64,000 nucleotides of DNA from Kudoa neothunni (Eukaryota > Animalia > Cnidaria), in assembly GCA_964304625.1 (NCBI GenBank), contig OZ199839.1, forward strand, positions 1,092,180 through 1,156,179, given 5' to 3'. The translations under genes and the position numbers were made by a program. How positions within the stretch are numbered: position 1 is the first letter of the stretch; the number at the start of each line of letters is the position of its first letter. The notes below the pieces were generated by a model. It worked only from the letters and a program-made list of their open reading frames with translations. It ran no database searches and was not told the origin of the DNA. Below are positions 1 through 13,172 of this stretch, in pieces.

Positions 1-253
1 TAATTACAACTCTAAATTATTGGTGTAGTAGGTCCTGAAACGACACAAATTTATTGAAATACACTTGAATTTCTGTTGATTTTTATAGCTTAATTTATTA
101 ACTTTTAAAATTTGACTCACATAAAATCATTCACAAATCAAATACATCATCATTTAGTTTAAAAAAGAATGAGATATTATGAATACGCGCACGCATTTAT
201 TGCAGTTACGACACGCGAGTAACTGTTCGTTTAGACTCGTGTATTGCTTTAAA

Positions 254-1050
254 ATGCCAAAAAATAAAGGTAACTTTAAATCTTCAGTCGTATAAAATCA
301 TGAAACGTCACTCAAAATGTGTGTTTGTAGGTAAGGGAGGAAAGAACAGACGTAGAGGAAAAAATGAAAATGAGAACGAGAAAAGAGAGCTGATCTACAA
401 AGAAGAAGGCCAAGAATACGCTCAGGTGGTTAAAATTCTTGGAAATGGTTACGTGGAAGCCATGTGTTTTGATGGGATGAAACGTTTATGCCATATAAGA
501 GGTAAAATGAGAAAGAAGGTAATAATAACCGATTGAGGCAGTTAAAATGGCATCTCTTGGAATCAACGCCTATCTATTATGATGTATTGTAGGTTTGGGT
601 GATCCATGGAGATATTGTGCTGGTGGGTCTTCGAGATTTTCAAAACAGTCGTGCCGACATTATCCACAAATATTCTGCTGTAGAATCCAAGCGATTAAAA
701 GCCAACAATTGTATCCCCGATTCCGGTAGTTTACGCTTTTATTCAACTGAAGATTGTTTGCTGTTTTAACAACTTGAGTCGCTTACTTTTGAACTTTAGT
801 GAGATTAATCGAAAATGCCATGGTGGATGGTAACGCTAACGATGAAGATGATGAAATCTATTTCGATTACACCGCTGACACCGAAGTTGAGGTGAACCCA
901 AGACGTAGAGATTTCTATGCCGGTATTTCTGATGACGATTCCGATGAAGACGCTGAAGATGATGAGGACGTCAAATACGAGCTGGAAGATGATGACACCA
1001 ACATTGATGACTATGAAACTGATGAACCTGTCAATTCACACAGAATTTAG
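254..1050 (+). CDS. EIF1A: Eukaryotic translation initiation factor 1A; 4 exons (254-269, 331-518, 593-725, 800-1050), 195 aa
   Basis: The spliced frame reads [45 protein letters not shown]...[30 protein letters not shown], the canonical eIF1A N-tail and OB fold. GT-AG introns of 61, 74 and 74 nt restore the frame. The C-tail is acidic. Confidence 0.97.
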
Positions 1051-1989
1051 TCATTCTGTGGAGCTATTTCCTATCGAATCAATCTGTTAATAGTAGTTGA
1101 TTTTTAGATCGTTATTTTTGTTCACTCGCACCCCCCCCGTCCCTTAAGATTAGCTAGTGATATAATTGTTCGCGTCTATTATTATATGCAGTTAGTATGA
1201 TATATTTTAAACCAAATTATTTAATGATTCATCTAATAGTAGTTTTGAGTTCATTAATTGTCATTTGGATTTTCAATTAAAATAGATTTTAATCCATTCG
1301 AATAATTCGAGATTATCAATCTAATAATTTCAGAACCCCAGTGTGTTATTTTTATTTCTTTTTAAAAATTTGGCGGTCTTTAAATATTTAAATAGATCTT
1401 CATCATAAAGTTTGGTCCAAATGAACTTTTGTTTTATAACAACCTCCTGTCTTCACGTCATTACAGAGGTTTTAAACCGGTTATGCATGCACCAATCAAT
1501 ACCTCTGGGCTCAGTTCTAAGCTAACCAAAATTAAGCCCAATTTTAGTTCCCAGCTTACCCACCCATATAATATATAATAAAAGGACGCATATATCAAAA
1601 GAATAATAAGAAAAACTAATTATTCAAAATTATTGATACAAAAATTACTGAGATTAATTTGTAGCTTGTTTTCCTCTGCAACTGCGCCAGAATTTATACA
1701 AAAGATTAAATATTCTAATTTTAGAAAATAACAGACATAACAATGCGTCGTATTATGGGGTGTTTCTATACTCAATTATAAACTAAGGGATGCAATTTTC
1801 GACGTTTATTTTTTGAAGAATCGACGTCTATAAATAAAGGTCGAGTTTTTCGACTCTTGTGTTTAAAGGGGATTATACAAAAATCTACGCAAATTAACAT
1901 TATACCATATGTAACCAAATTATATTTAATTTCATCATTTTAATACAATTATAGTATCATATGAATATTTTATCCCGAATGAGATGTTC

Positions 1990-2560
1990 TCCTATCCGCA
2001 AAAATTTTATTTCGATTGAAAACAGCGGTTTGTTTAAAAAATATCATCGGAAAAGTTGGCATTGCTAAAATGTTTTTTCCCTAACAATGTGGATAGGTGT
2101 TTATTAACAAAAGTGTTAACGTTATGAAGTGAACGTGCTGTGGAACAATATTTTTAGGAAAAACTTCGAGGTCTTGTGCGATTATCTATTATTTTAAATA
2201 GCTATCCATCATCATTGCCGCTGAAGCGAAGTAAGATAAATCCTTATTTTTTGATTTTTACGATCTCTAAATAACAAAAAAAGGTTAGGAGAGACATGCT
2301 TAAATAATTCTATCGGTGTACGATGCTTCTATAATGCATGCTGTTTTTGTGCATGATTTTATTTTTTAGATAACTTTAGCTCGTAATATTTGTAACCAAA
2401 TTCATTTTAAATAATTTCTAATTAATTTAACTCACGATATAATAATTCAATTCACATCCTTTTCTGCCTATTCTTATTATGACGCCCTTTTCGAAACAGT
2501 CCATAAAAATATATGTTGGACCATCCTGATAAAATCGGCGGTTTTAATCGAAAATTCCAT
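1990..2560 (-). mobile_element. Highly decayed pogo/Tigger-like transposase remnant (boundaries approximate)
   Basis: The minus strand near 2160-2220 reads NDDG*LFKIIDNRTRPRSF, resembling the pogo DDE_1 motif N..G..KL...IG....PR.F. Many stops. Confidence 0.3.
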
Positions 2561-4220
2561 GCCCTTATTATAAATTATAATGTTAGAAAATTTATCCCTA
2601 GTTGAGATCTCATGCTTTAATAAAATGAAATATGAGAAAAAAATTAAGTAATATGTGTATATTAATAACCCTTTAATATTTATTTAGAAGTTGGATTCAA
2701 AATAAATTAATATATATCCTAAAAATACTTATTCAGCGGATCTAATTGCCACATCTTAGATTCTCGTTATTACACATGTAAAAGTTGGCGAGACTTTAGC
2801 CGAATATGATTATCTCGCATCTTATAAATTTGTATTTTTAATATTTATAAAATAATTCAAAATTTTTCAAGAGACTTTCATTGTTATTTATGAATTGAAC
2901 CTCATCGACACAGTGGGGGTCAAAATGGCCCCCGAACGATTTAATCAACGGTTTTCTTAATGTACGTATTATGAAAACAATTTATTCTATTTTCTAATTT
3001 AAATCGCTCTACATTAATAATTACGTTATCTTTTATTAAACACTCTGAATAGGTTTCCAACGATAGATCACTAGTTAAATTAGAAAATAACTTAGTGTTG
3101 TATAAAATGTACAAAGTTTATAAATTGGTGTCTAAAAGATATGAAAAAATTACAATGTAAATCCTGCGCGCAACATGATAATTTCCAAATTTGCAAAAAG
3201 AACAATTTATTCAAATCAAAATAATATGTGATATTCTAACAGAACTTACATTTGTAGGTGAGTAGATGTGATCTTAAATTCACTGATGTAATAAAGATTC
3301 TCTAAAATTGATTCAAACATCCATTGTGTTCCAATGGACCCCGAAGACACGGGGGAGGTTAAAACCATCCTAATAAAAAGGTAGGAATCCCCATCTCGAA
3401 GGGTTGCATGCCATAATATCTCAATAAACAAGAAAATAAAGGAGAATTTATTCAAATTTCAGCGAATTTGTCTGCGAAAATTGCAAGATTGAAAATTCAG
3501 AATGCGATGTGTGTAACAAAAAATTAAATATATTGTATTATTTATCTACTTTATTTTGTAAGATTTTTATCCGCACTCCAATTTTCTCCTATTGACTTTG
3601 ATTATATCTGCAAAATATATCATATTTGTCTAATTTGCTTATTTGGATTCTTGACAAGATGATTAAAATTAATGCCATTATAATCAGATGGTATAGATAG
3701 TTTGAACATGTATTTCAGTTTCATGTTGTAAAATATTAAGTTATTTTGTAGTCATAAACAAAAAATATATTGATTATATGTTTATTATAATCAATAAATT
3801 TTGCCAATAAATCAAAACACCATCTAAATTAAACCGCTAATTACAATCATAAAATAACAATTTTGAAAATGATAAATTTATTATAAATATAGAAATTGTA
3901 TGAACCAACGTCATTATGCTTCACCTTTACGATATCGATTTTGTATAAGTTTATATTTGAAAATTATTTATTTATTTGATGCGCGCCCAAAAAATTTGAT
4001 TTTAATATTTTATTCAATTTTTTTAACTAAAACCAGGCTATTTGATTATTTTATTTATTTTTATAGTTAAATAGTTTCAAATATAATTATGCTATGATTA
4101 AATTGCATAGGACCATAGCGGTTCTCCTCAGACATTCGTGTAAATTTTTTTGTCAGGTATTTGAGGGTTAACTCCCGCACTAAAATTCTCGTCTCCATCC
4201 TCTGTCCAAAAACTCTAGAT

Positions 4221-4309
4221 AATTTTCAAATAAATGAATTTTCAAATAAATGAATTTTCAAATAAATGAATTTTCAAATAAATGAATTTTCAAATAAATG
4301 AATTTTCAA
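4221..4309. repeat. Minisatellite, 5.5 head-to-tail copies of the 16-bp unit AATTTTCAAATAAATG
   Basis: Read directly: five perfect copies at 4221-4300 plus AATTTTCAA. Confidence 0.95.
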
Positions 4310-4413
4310 TACAATAGGAGTCAATTTGATATTTTAGAAATTTTTTAAAAATCCTAAAATTAGTGTTGGAATTATACGGATATATTAGTTTTATCGGTCG
4401 TGTGAGTGGTACA

Positions 4414-5228
4414 ATGGATACGGAACCCTCTGAGCAAATCATAAATTTTGAAGAAACCGACTCAAAATTTAGTGATTGCGTAATTGATGACCCACCAATA
4501 GATTATTTAGACTCGGTATCTAATGATGAAATCAATTTTAACGACGAAGTTGGCCACACACTTGTCTCTCGAAGAATGAAGAAAAATGGTCCGATAAACC
4601 AACATTCATCCAAAGACGACCTGATATCAAAAACATTTTTAAAATTGAATCATGGTTCCGAAAATTTGTGCTGAAACAATCTCGTAATTAACATATGTCG
4701 TTTGAAAATTTTATTGACTCTCGTATGCTCGATTGGATAATTGACTGTATTAACAAATACATAAACAAAGAACGAGATCGGTTAACTCTATCCCAAAATA
4801 TGACCCGATGAAGTATATTGGTTGTGGCTTGCTTATGACGGTAATGAAAGGGAATAATATGGACGATCGTGAATTTTGGAGCCCTAAATACGGCGAACCG
4901 ATGATCATACAATCAATATCAATTCGTCTTTTGGAAAAATTAACTTCCAGCATAAAATTTGACAAACATGAAGAAAGGAACAGAAGGAAACGTTAAGTTT
5001 TTATTCCAGGAAAATGTTATAATTGTAAAATATAACCCCAAGACAATAAATCAGTTTTTCGCTCTTCTACATTTCACAGAAATGAAACAATTGATTAATG
5101 TAAAAGCACTAAGATTGTTACATATTCTAATAACAACAAGGGAGGTGTGGATACACTGGACCAAGTATTCCAGCATTCTTTTTATTGATTGATTCAAAAT
5201 CATTTTATATTTCAATATTTCAATATTT

Positions 5229-5263
<35 letters not shown>

Positions 5264-5580
5264 TATTCAGGGAAAGGAGTCACGATTATGCAAAAGCTGC
5301 TGATGTTGGCATAAACGTTGTTTTAAATCTAGTTGGCCCATTTTAAAATTCTGTTCTGTAGTATAGATAACTTACCATGATAGTCGGGTGTGTTCAGTAA
5401 TGTTTTTGGTTGTTTTGATTATGATTCACTTGCGCTATTACATGTTCTTATATGTAGTATGCGAGAACCTTTTCAAATATGTGGAAATGACGGGCGAATT
5501 ACTGCAAAGAAAAATTATCATTATTGGAACAATGCGTTCAAACAAAGGGGATATTCCGCCATATCTATGACCATTTAAAA
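4414..5580 (+). mobile_element. Degenerate piggyBac-like transposase remnant
   Basis: An acidic N-terminal segment, then FWSPKYGEPMIIQSISIRLLEKLTSSIKFDKHEERNRRK (cf. PGBD W....g.p.f...msr.RF..i...lrFdd...R) and LLQRKIIIIGTMRSNKGDIPP (cf. GT.R.Nr..iP). Fragmented by stops and frameshifts and interrupted by (AT)15. Confidence 0.7.
5231..5260. repeat. (AT)15 microsatellite
   Basis: Read directly. Confidence 0.95.
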
Positions 5581-6899
5581 CCAACCTCTCTAATTAATTT
5601 ATCTTTGTATTTATCAACGATATCATATTATAAAATTATCTTTCCAGGAGAAACTAACCTTGTTACACGCTTTGTTTGGCATCAAGTGACATTCGAACGA
5701 CTTTAGAAGCTCCATTCGGGCCTGAAATTCAAATGCTTTTAAAGTGGTAAAATGAAATAAAAAGCAGCTATAACACAAATTCAAGATTGTTAGCTTCAGT
5801 GAACGTGTAAAGAATTAACCATCGCCGTAAAGGGAAATTTGTCAACAGATTATCAGCGCGTGCACGAAGTACGAGGCAATAATAATTAGAAAATTATTTA
5901 AATTTTCAACAATATGTTTTATCCATAAGATGTAGAAATTAACTATCACTGAGGAAATCGTAATTTTCACACTTATTTAAGATATAAGTCATCATTTTAG
6001 CCTCACTACCCGAGCATAATTTTCTTTCCGAGGGTGTCAGTTAAAATTCGATATTACTTCCTGTACCTCATTCATAAAATTTCGGATTATCGTAAAATGA
6101 AATTTATTCTAAATAACGGTGTTAAAATCTATTAGAAAAATGAGGATATAAAAATTTTAAAGAATTTGATTAAAGTGTATATTTTTGAAAATTCTTTCAA
6201 ACGCGTTCCAGGACTCAATTGGATCCCTTCAAGGAGTTTTTTTCGAAATGTCTAAAAAATTAAGATAAATTTATTTGCGAACGGGCATTGATTTTACAAG
6301 GAATTTTTAATCCCTCTTTCGACACAATTAGGAGGAACAAAAGTCAGCGAGGAAACGGGTTTCAAAGATAATTTGAATTCATTCTGTTGAATATAATTTT
6401 TGCATAAATCAAGATTTTGAATCTTTTTCCTTTAAGTTTATTCCGTTTTAATAAATAGAAGAAAACTTGATATTTTGTTGCTTTTTTAAACAACAAACGC
6501 TGCAATTAGAAATCAATAGCAGCGTATTCAGCGAGTTTCTACTGACCGTTTTCATGAAGAATGGCGAATGTATGTAAAGTAATCAATTTTTATTACTATT
6601 CGTCAAAACGAGGGTTAAATATGTTTTTAAATTTATCTCTCCATTAACAGGATAGAGATGCAAGAATTCAATGGGGAAAACTTTAAATGTCCATTTGGCA
6701 GTCAAGAACCTCGAATTTTCTAGAAAAGATAAGTGTCATTTGGTGTGAATATAAAAACGCTATCACGATCATCGAGTCATAAATGCAAAGCGGCTAATTA
6801 TGAAATGCAGAAATATTAAGTTCCTGAAGGTTTACATTTTCGTCCACAATTTTAGAATTCCTTTTCGAATGTTCCGAATTTTTTAAAATGTAATTTATA

Positions 6900-7830
6900 C
6901 TGAGAATAGGCAATTGATATAATTTTGAAGTACTTTTTACATCAGAATAAACCTGTTGAATGGTATATGCAGCATTTGTTGGTAGACCATGAACCTTCGA
7001 CGATAAGAATAATTTATCTATACCATTTTCAGAAAGCGGACGAACGTGATTATCTGCTGAGTAAATTTTTTGTTTTGTATCTGAAACATTGGCTCGAATG
7101 TTTGCAGGACAACCTCCTTCCAGATATTGCTAATAAATATGTATTTTTTCCAATAATAATCAACATTATCGTTAAGGCCGCCAGTTATTTGATCTTTAAA
7201 CAACCTTTTATGATTCATGTTGTGATCCCAATAGGCATGATTACGTAACTACTCCCCAATTATAGGGCGTGTTGCAATGTAGGCCAAAGAAATAATGAGT
7301 TCTCAATAAAATCTAACTAATACGCCCTCAATTACCATTATGGATATTATTGTTGTTATTCGAATTATTATATTACTTAATATTTTTTTATTGGCGTAGA
7401 ATACCTTCAGGTCACTTGTGTATGAATTATGGTAGCAAAACATCCACGTTTAAAATGGCGTTATACCTGCCCAACAATCTGAGTGAATTTCAGTTCTCAC
7501 TTTTATAAACTTTTTAATACAAAAGACAATGTATTTTTTTGTTCGATCTGGGACAAAAGTCAACAATCCTAACTTTAGGTAACGACTACATCTCCGAGCA
7601 CCCACTTCTCTTCTAAAACATGGCCTACATTATTTTTTTGCAACTAAAGATTCGTTAAATAGACCATGTAACAAACCCCTTTAATTTTCCGCAGATTTTT
7701 TAGTAGATTTGGGGTGCAGGTATATGAAATATTAATAAAATCAGATAGCTGTTTGTTTCGAGACGTCTGACATAATGCCGACAGTCGTTACAGCATTGCC
7801 GAGTGATCGGCAGTATACATTTTTTAAAAA
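6900..7830 (-). mobile_element. Decayed hAT (Tip100/ZMYM1-type) transposase remnant (boundaries approximate)
   Basis: Minus-strand fragments SDVSKQ..QLS (cf. DET.DiS.kEQLS), IVGQV(Y) (cf. GQ.YDGA) and HC-start at 7278 (cf. HC..H.LNL) occur in the expected order. Confidence 0.4.
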
Positions 7831-8079
7831 TACTTCAGTGGCATTAAAATTCTCTAAATGTAAGCCTCTCTATATAATATTTTTAATGGTGACTATTGTA
7901 GGAAACCGATTATTCATAATTATTTTAAAAAAAGAATTCACCAATTCAGAACGCTCCAAGAAAAATAAGGTGTAATCAAATAATATGATAGTTTCCTTCC
8001 TTAAATAGAAGGACGGAAATTATTAAACATTTAAACATAAAATAGTCTACATTTCTATATAAAATGATATTTTAGAAGA

Positions 8080-9220
8080 AAGGCTTAAATCAAGCAGGCT
8101 TTTGAAAGCGGATTGTTTCCAGCTCAACAGAGCTCAATGACGAAAGGAAAAGATGTAGACACTGGTCAACGTGTGTATGAGGTCGAAAAATATTGAAGTA
8201 TCATCCATAGAAATAATCAACAAAAGAAATGAGATCGTTTCTTCCGTTAATGACTTCATAAATGTCAGCTTTGGATGGTTCCGAAGAGTAACAAATAGGT
8301 TCTACCTAAAAAACTAGTTTCTGTAGTGATGCTAACGCAGTACCCGTAAGAATCATTACAGACTGAAATTTTAACTCACTAAAGTTCTTAAAAATTATAA
8401 GGATGATCAAATAAAATGCGAACGAGACTGCATTGTTACATCAATTAATGCCTCGTAAGTGATCCATAAACATAGTATTCTAATTTAGTAAATTATTTTT
8501 AAAATAATTATTATAGTGTCACTTGAAACATAACAATTATTTCTTTGGCGCTAAAGAACGCTTTATTAATTTTTGTATTCAATATAAATTATAAATTTCC
8601 TATTAATCAATGATTCAATGATTATTACTTAATTATTTATCTAGGTTATTATATTAAAGGTTACGTTTCCATCACTGAAGATTGTCTTGCGTCAAAAAGT
8701 TCAAAAAACACAACATTACTTCTGGGAACCTCAATGGATGTAGAGAAACTAGAATCTTTGGTGACAGGTCGCTACACACAACTTAGGCGATAAAAAATAT
8801 AAACGTTACTCCAGTTCTATACAATCACATCACGAAAGCCTGGATGACAGAAAGTATTTTTGGAAAATGCTAGTTAAAATTTTACGATATTTCAAGAGAG
8901 GAAACAGAAAAAATTGCCCTATTTATGAACAATGCAACTTGTCATCAACTCATTGATATTTCCAAAGTACAAATAATCTACTTCCACAAAAACATCACTC
9001 TGGTACTAAAACTAATTGATCAACGTATTATTCCTTCTTTTAAAGAGATTTATCAAAAAAAACTTAATACGGTGACGTACGCTTCATGCATAACTCGGAG
9101 TGGATATAAAACCTATAGATCTTTTGGAAACAATGTCTCTTACTAAGTAATCTGGAATTTAGTAGTCCCTGAAGTAATCGCTAATTGTTTCTCTAGGGCT
9201 ATTTTCATGTTAAAGACATC
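8080..9220 (+). mobile_element. Degenerate Tigger/pogo (CENP-B-like, DDE_1) transposase
   Basis: Motifs in order: GWF, EKLESLVTG, PVLYNHITKAWMTESIF, MNNATCH, and NITLVLKLIDQRIIPSFKEIY (cf. NTTs.lQPlDQGiI..fK..Y). Confidence 0.75.
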
Positions 9221-9949
9221 CAAAAGTAATCAAGAAAGTTCTGGCCATATTGCATCTCTATACAACTACGCAATTCTACAATCAACCGATGAATTATGAA
9301 ACGAAGAAACTTTTTTGCATATATGTGATAATTGAAAGAAAATTTTATACGAAGAATTTATTAGCGAACTTATACAGACAAAAAATGGAACTGTGGATCT
9401 TAAACTCTCTTCCAGAGCAACTTTAATGTTGGTTAAAAATTTTTAAATTTTTTCAAATGTCCTGCTAATTCTGTAGGTGACGAATTGACTAAACTAGATT
9501 CATATATGATTAAATATAGTGAATAAAATCAAAAATAACAAATTATTTCGGACATTTTTAAAAATTAAATCAGAAAAGTTCGTGTTTCGTTGTGTTTTAA
9601 TCACAGTTGCAATAAAATCATTATGAATTTAATGTCACTGAGATGTAATTCATAATTATCTTTCGCTCCCAAGGAGATTGCAAATTAAAAGTCATCAACT
9701 GTATCAAGTAATTAAATTAATGAGACAAATAAGAAGTGGTTAGATTTATGATAGCTATTACGAAGAGAATAGCATTAGTTCATGCCCTTATTGTAATGAA
9801 ATACGTCCGTTACCCCATCAGATCGGGATAAATTTTTTACGTCGTACAGGAAAGGTTAATGTTCCGAGACAAAAAAGTCTCTGATGCAAAATAAAAGTCA
9901 ATAATGGAAGTTATTTGAGAAATCAACAAACATGGATCGCAGTGGGCGT

Positions 9950-10200
9950 CGACTGTAACATGAATGTATTTATGGAGCAAAAAAAATTTTGAGCCACAGA
10001 AGTATTGGATAATATTAAATATCGAAAAGTATATCAGATTCCAACATTACCACAGATGGTTTCGGGGATATAATAATGTTTACGTCATAAATGAGTATGT
10101 TCAAAAAGGTGATATATGAAAGAGAATTTGTAAGTAGTGACGGTTATCACTCAAATCGAATCTAAGGAATCTGGACTGCTTTGAAAAGATTGGACCGAAA
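9950..10200 (+). mobile_element. Merlin/IS1016 (ISXO2-like) transposase remnant
   Basis: ITTDGFG near 10048-10068 and VSSDGYHSNRI*GIWTALKR at 10130-10189 match the ISXO2 motifs I.TD.w..Y and G.HTN.IEG.WS.lKR. The catalytic E codon has become TAA. Confidence 0.6.
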
Positions 10201-11099
10201 CGCTGACTTCCTATGTTGAGGAAGTCATCTTACATATTAAATATAGAGGAAAAGTTCTATTCCAAAGTAATATGCAGCAGAAAACCTCACTTATCAAGAT
10301 CAAGATACAAGAGAAAGTTCGTTATACCTCGAATAATATATAATAAATATAGGATTTATTACGAATGCTACACCCAGATTCTAATGGAAATACACGGAAT
10401 ATGTAACTTGAGTAGGTTTTTTAATGTTTGTTTTCCCTGCCACATACTTTAGGAGTGTTGCGAAAATTAATTCATAATCTGGATTAAACCATCGACCTAT
10501 TCTGCATTTAAAAATAGTAGTCTTAAATTTAAAATTTTAAGTAATTTACAAAAATCAAAAAATATATCACAAAAGTTCGTGAAATAAGTACAATAATAGT
10601 GTTGCATCGTGAGTATGCCAAAAACTGAATTATATTTTTACAAAGTAGAAAATATAATATTATCTATTTTGTAAAAATGTGAATTTGAAGAAAGCTTTTT
10701 ATTGTACACCCGAGATGTGTTATTGTTATTCTCATGGAGGTTTATTAATTAGGAGGAACTCGTTTAATAATTTTAATCTGTCATTCCAACAAGATGTTGT
10801 AAATTTATTGATTAATAGGAATCTCCAACCTTAAAAATGTGAGAGCTTACGTAAAAAAACGATTATTTTATCTTTGTTCTATAGAAATATTCAGACAGTT
10901 TTGGGTATAGAAACAGAATGGCCAATCATGCGTGCTTGACTTAACCAAATCTTTACATAGAGGCTACTCAATCAATGATTCAAATTATTAGGGGCAATTG
11001 TTGTTTATCCACAATTAATGAGATCAATTCATTAGCATGTTGAAAAGCTGATCAAGATTTGCAAAATAAATAGGATATAAATCGAGCGAGTCCTGCTAA

Positions 11100-11330
11100 A
11101 CGATCAAAACAATCTTTTCTCCTATTATGCTTAAACTGAACCAACTGGTCCTGGAATTGCAAAAAATATTCCACAGCAAAAGAATTGTTGTGCCAAATGA
11201 AACAGTTTTGAATCTGATGTTGAGCTATCAATCCAATAAAAATGATTGGGGAAAAATGGTGTTCTATGATACAAAAAGGTTTCAGTTTGGTTTGTTGGCA
11301 TGAGGTGATATGCGTTGGATAGATTTACTC
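11100..11330 (+). mobile_element. Possible Tc1/mariner transposase fragment
   Basis: DWGKMVFYDTKRFQFG at ~11243-11290 resembles the Tc1 motif W.kvlfsDEskF.lfG. Confidence 0.35.
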
Positions 11331-12876
11331 AACGATTACTGAATCCTAAGCCGCTAGAAGTATACAAATTATTGTTGTGTGCCTACCTCCCTGGTCAACA
11401 CACGTATAACAACTGTTTGAAGTTATTTATTCATTCCTCATTAGTAAAATTCATAATCATTCCAATTCAAATTGTATTGTAAAAGTATTGGAGGGAACTA
11501 TCAAAGAACAACGTTTCGTTGTACTGAACGAGAACGACAACTTAAAATCAAGATTGATCCCTCATGACGAATCACTGGCTACTCTCAACCAATGTTTGCA
11601 TATACAAGGTACTATAAGGATTTTATAATGGATTTTAAACGTTAATATTTAGTTTTAATTTATTATAAATAGTTTTTTATTCATTTCGTCTATATTATAA
11701 ACTTTATAATAAACACCTTTCAACAAATTTTTCTGAGTATTTCTAATGTAAATACATAAAATACTACATTTTCTAGGCATCTCCTTATAGATGAAATCAG
11801 ACGGTGTTAAGAGAAAAGAAGAGGTTATTTTCAGGTTAAATTTAATCTTAAAGATTAAGTGTGCATGCGCGGCAGAACATTTTAATCTCGGCTAACTTTA
11901 TTCACAAGCTGTATACAGATTTCATTGGGGGAAATATCCCATATTTAATTTTTCTAGTCTATAAGAACGAAAAAGAGCCACAAATAAGTGTATATAGTCA
12001 AAACTAACGATCCCTGAATATTGTTTATTTTGCAAATAGCCACTTTTTTAAATAAAACAATATTAGATTGGCAATTTTTACCTTTTGCAATCAGACGAGG
12101 ATAAAAAAAGTGAACCGTATAAGTTTAAATCGTTTACTAACAAATGTTACTCAGAATTCAGACTTCCCCCGTTTATAATTAGAACGAATTTATTGAATTT
12201 TTTTTCCATTCATGATAATGTAACTATTTATATCTACAAATGTATTAGGATTAATAAATTTGAATAATGGATCCAAAACATAGAATTTGTACACATGGTT
12301 CCTAGCTTTTTTTTTAAATTGAATCCTTATATACCCCAACGCATATTTAATGCTTCGCCATTTTGAATCAATAATCAACAGATATTATGCTCAATTCTTT
12401 ACACATTAACTTATTTAACCGTCTAAGTAAAATTTATATAAAAGAACCTTATTTTATTTGGAAGGTGATAATATTCAAGTAACTGAGAAGGTTAATATTG
12501 AAATATAAATTATCACACCTCTAAAATTTATTATATTCACGAAAACTAGTGGATATTTTTTCTTTTAAAATTAAAAATTAAATCGATGACTACTATAAAT
12601 TATATTTATTCAAATTTTAAATCAATAAAAACTATCAAAATAAAATTTAGGTATTTAATTTAATTAAATTTGTTTATTTTAATATTTCTAACAAATAAAA
12701 AATATATAGAAAAATATACTTTAATGAGAATAATTTCTATTTTTGTAGATTTGATGTAAATAGATTCATCTTTTCATGTATAACTTTTTAACCGAATTTC
12801 TATGAACCATAAAAGATTAAACTAAATAATTATTTTCTCATTTCAATATTAAAACAAGTAGCTATAGCGGAATAAC

Positions 12877-13074
12877 ATGATTTTAGGAGTCGACAAATTC
12901 CACAACCTCATAAACCCTGACGACAACAATCCCACGGTGACTCTACAAATATATTGGAAACCCTACACTCAATATTTGGTATATGACGACAGCAAAGGTC
13001 ACCTAGTGACAAAACACACACCATTCAAATTTTCAGGGCAACATCAAGGTATTGTTTTACAACCGAACAAATAA
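12877..13074 (+). CDS. Possible small orphan ORF or terminal exon (65 aa) convergent with UMPS
   Basis: Higher GC and a more protein-like composition than the flanks. TTTTAG|GA at 12881-12888 could be a splice acceptor. No family recognised. Confidence 0.3.
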   Translation: MILGVDKFHNLINPDDNNPTVTLQIYWKPYTQYLVYDDSKGHLVTKHTPFKFSGQHQGIVLQPNK

Positions 13075-13172
13075 TGTTAAATGTATTAATAAAAAACTAA
13101 TAAATTTAGAAGGATACGACTCATAGCGAAAAAATCCATTTATTGTAAAACAAACATTCATATTAATCAAAA

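Noticed and set aside
300-330. ORF-track start [10 protein letters not shown] for eIF1A
   Set aside because: It lies in intron 1. The true start at 254 gives the canonical MPKNKG.
4221-4309. 16-bp repeat array as a CRISPR
   Set aside because: The copies are head-to-tail with no spacers, there are no cas genes, and the context is eukaryotic.
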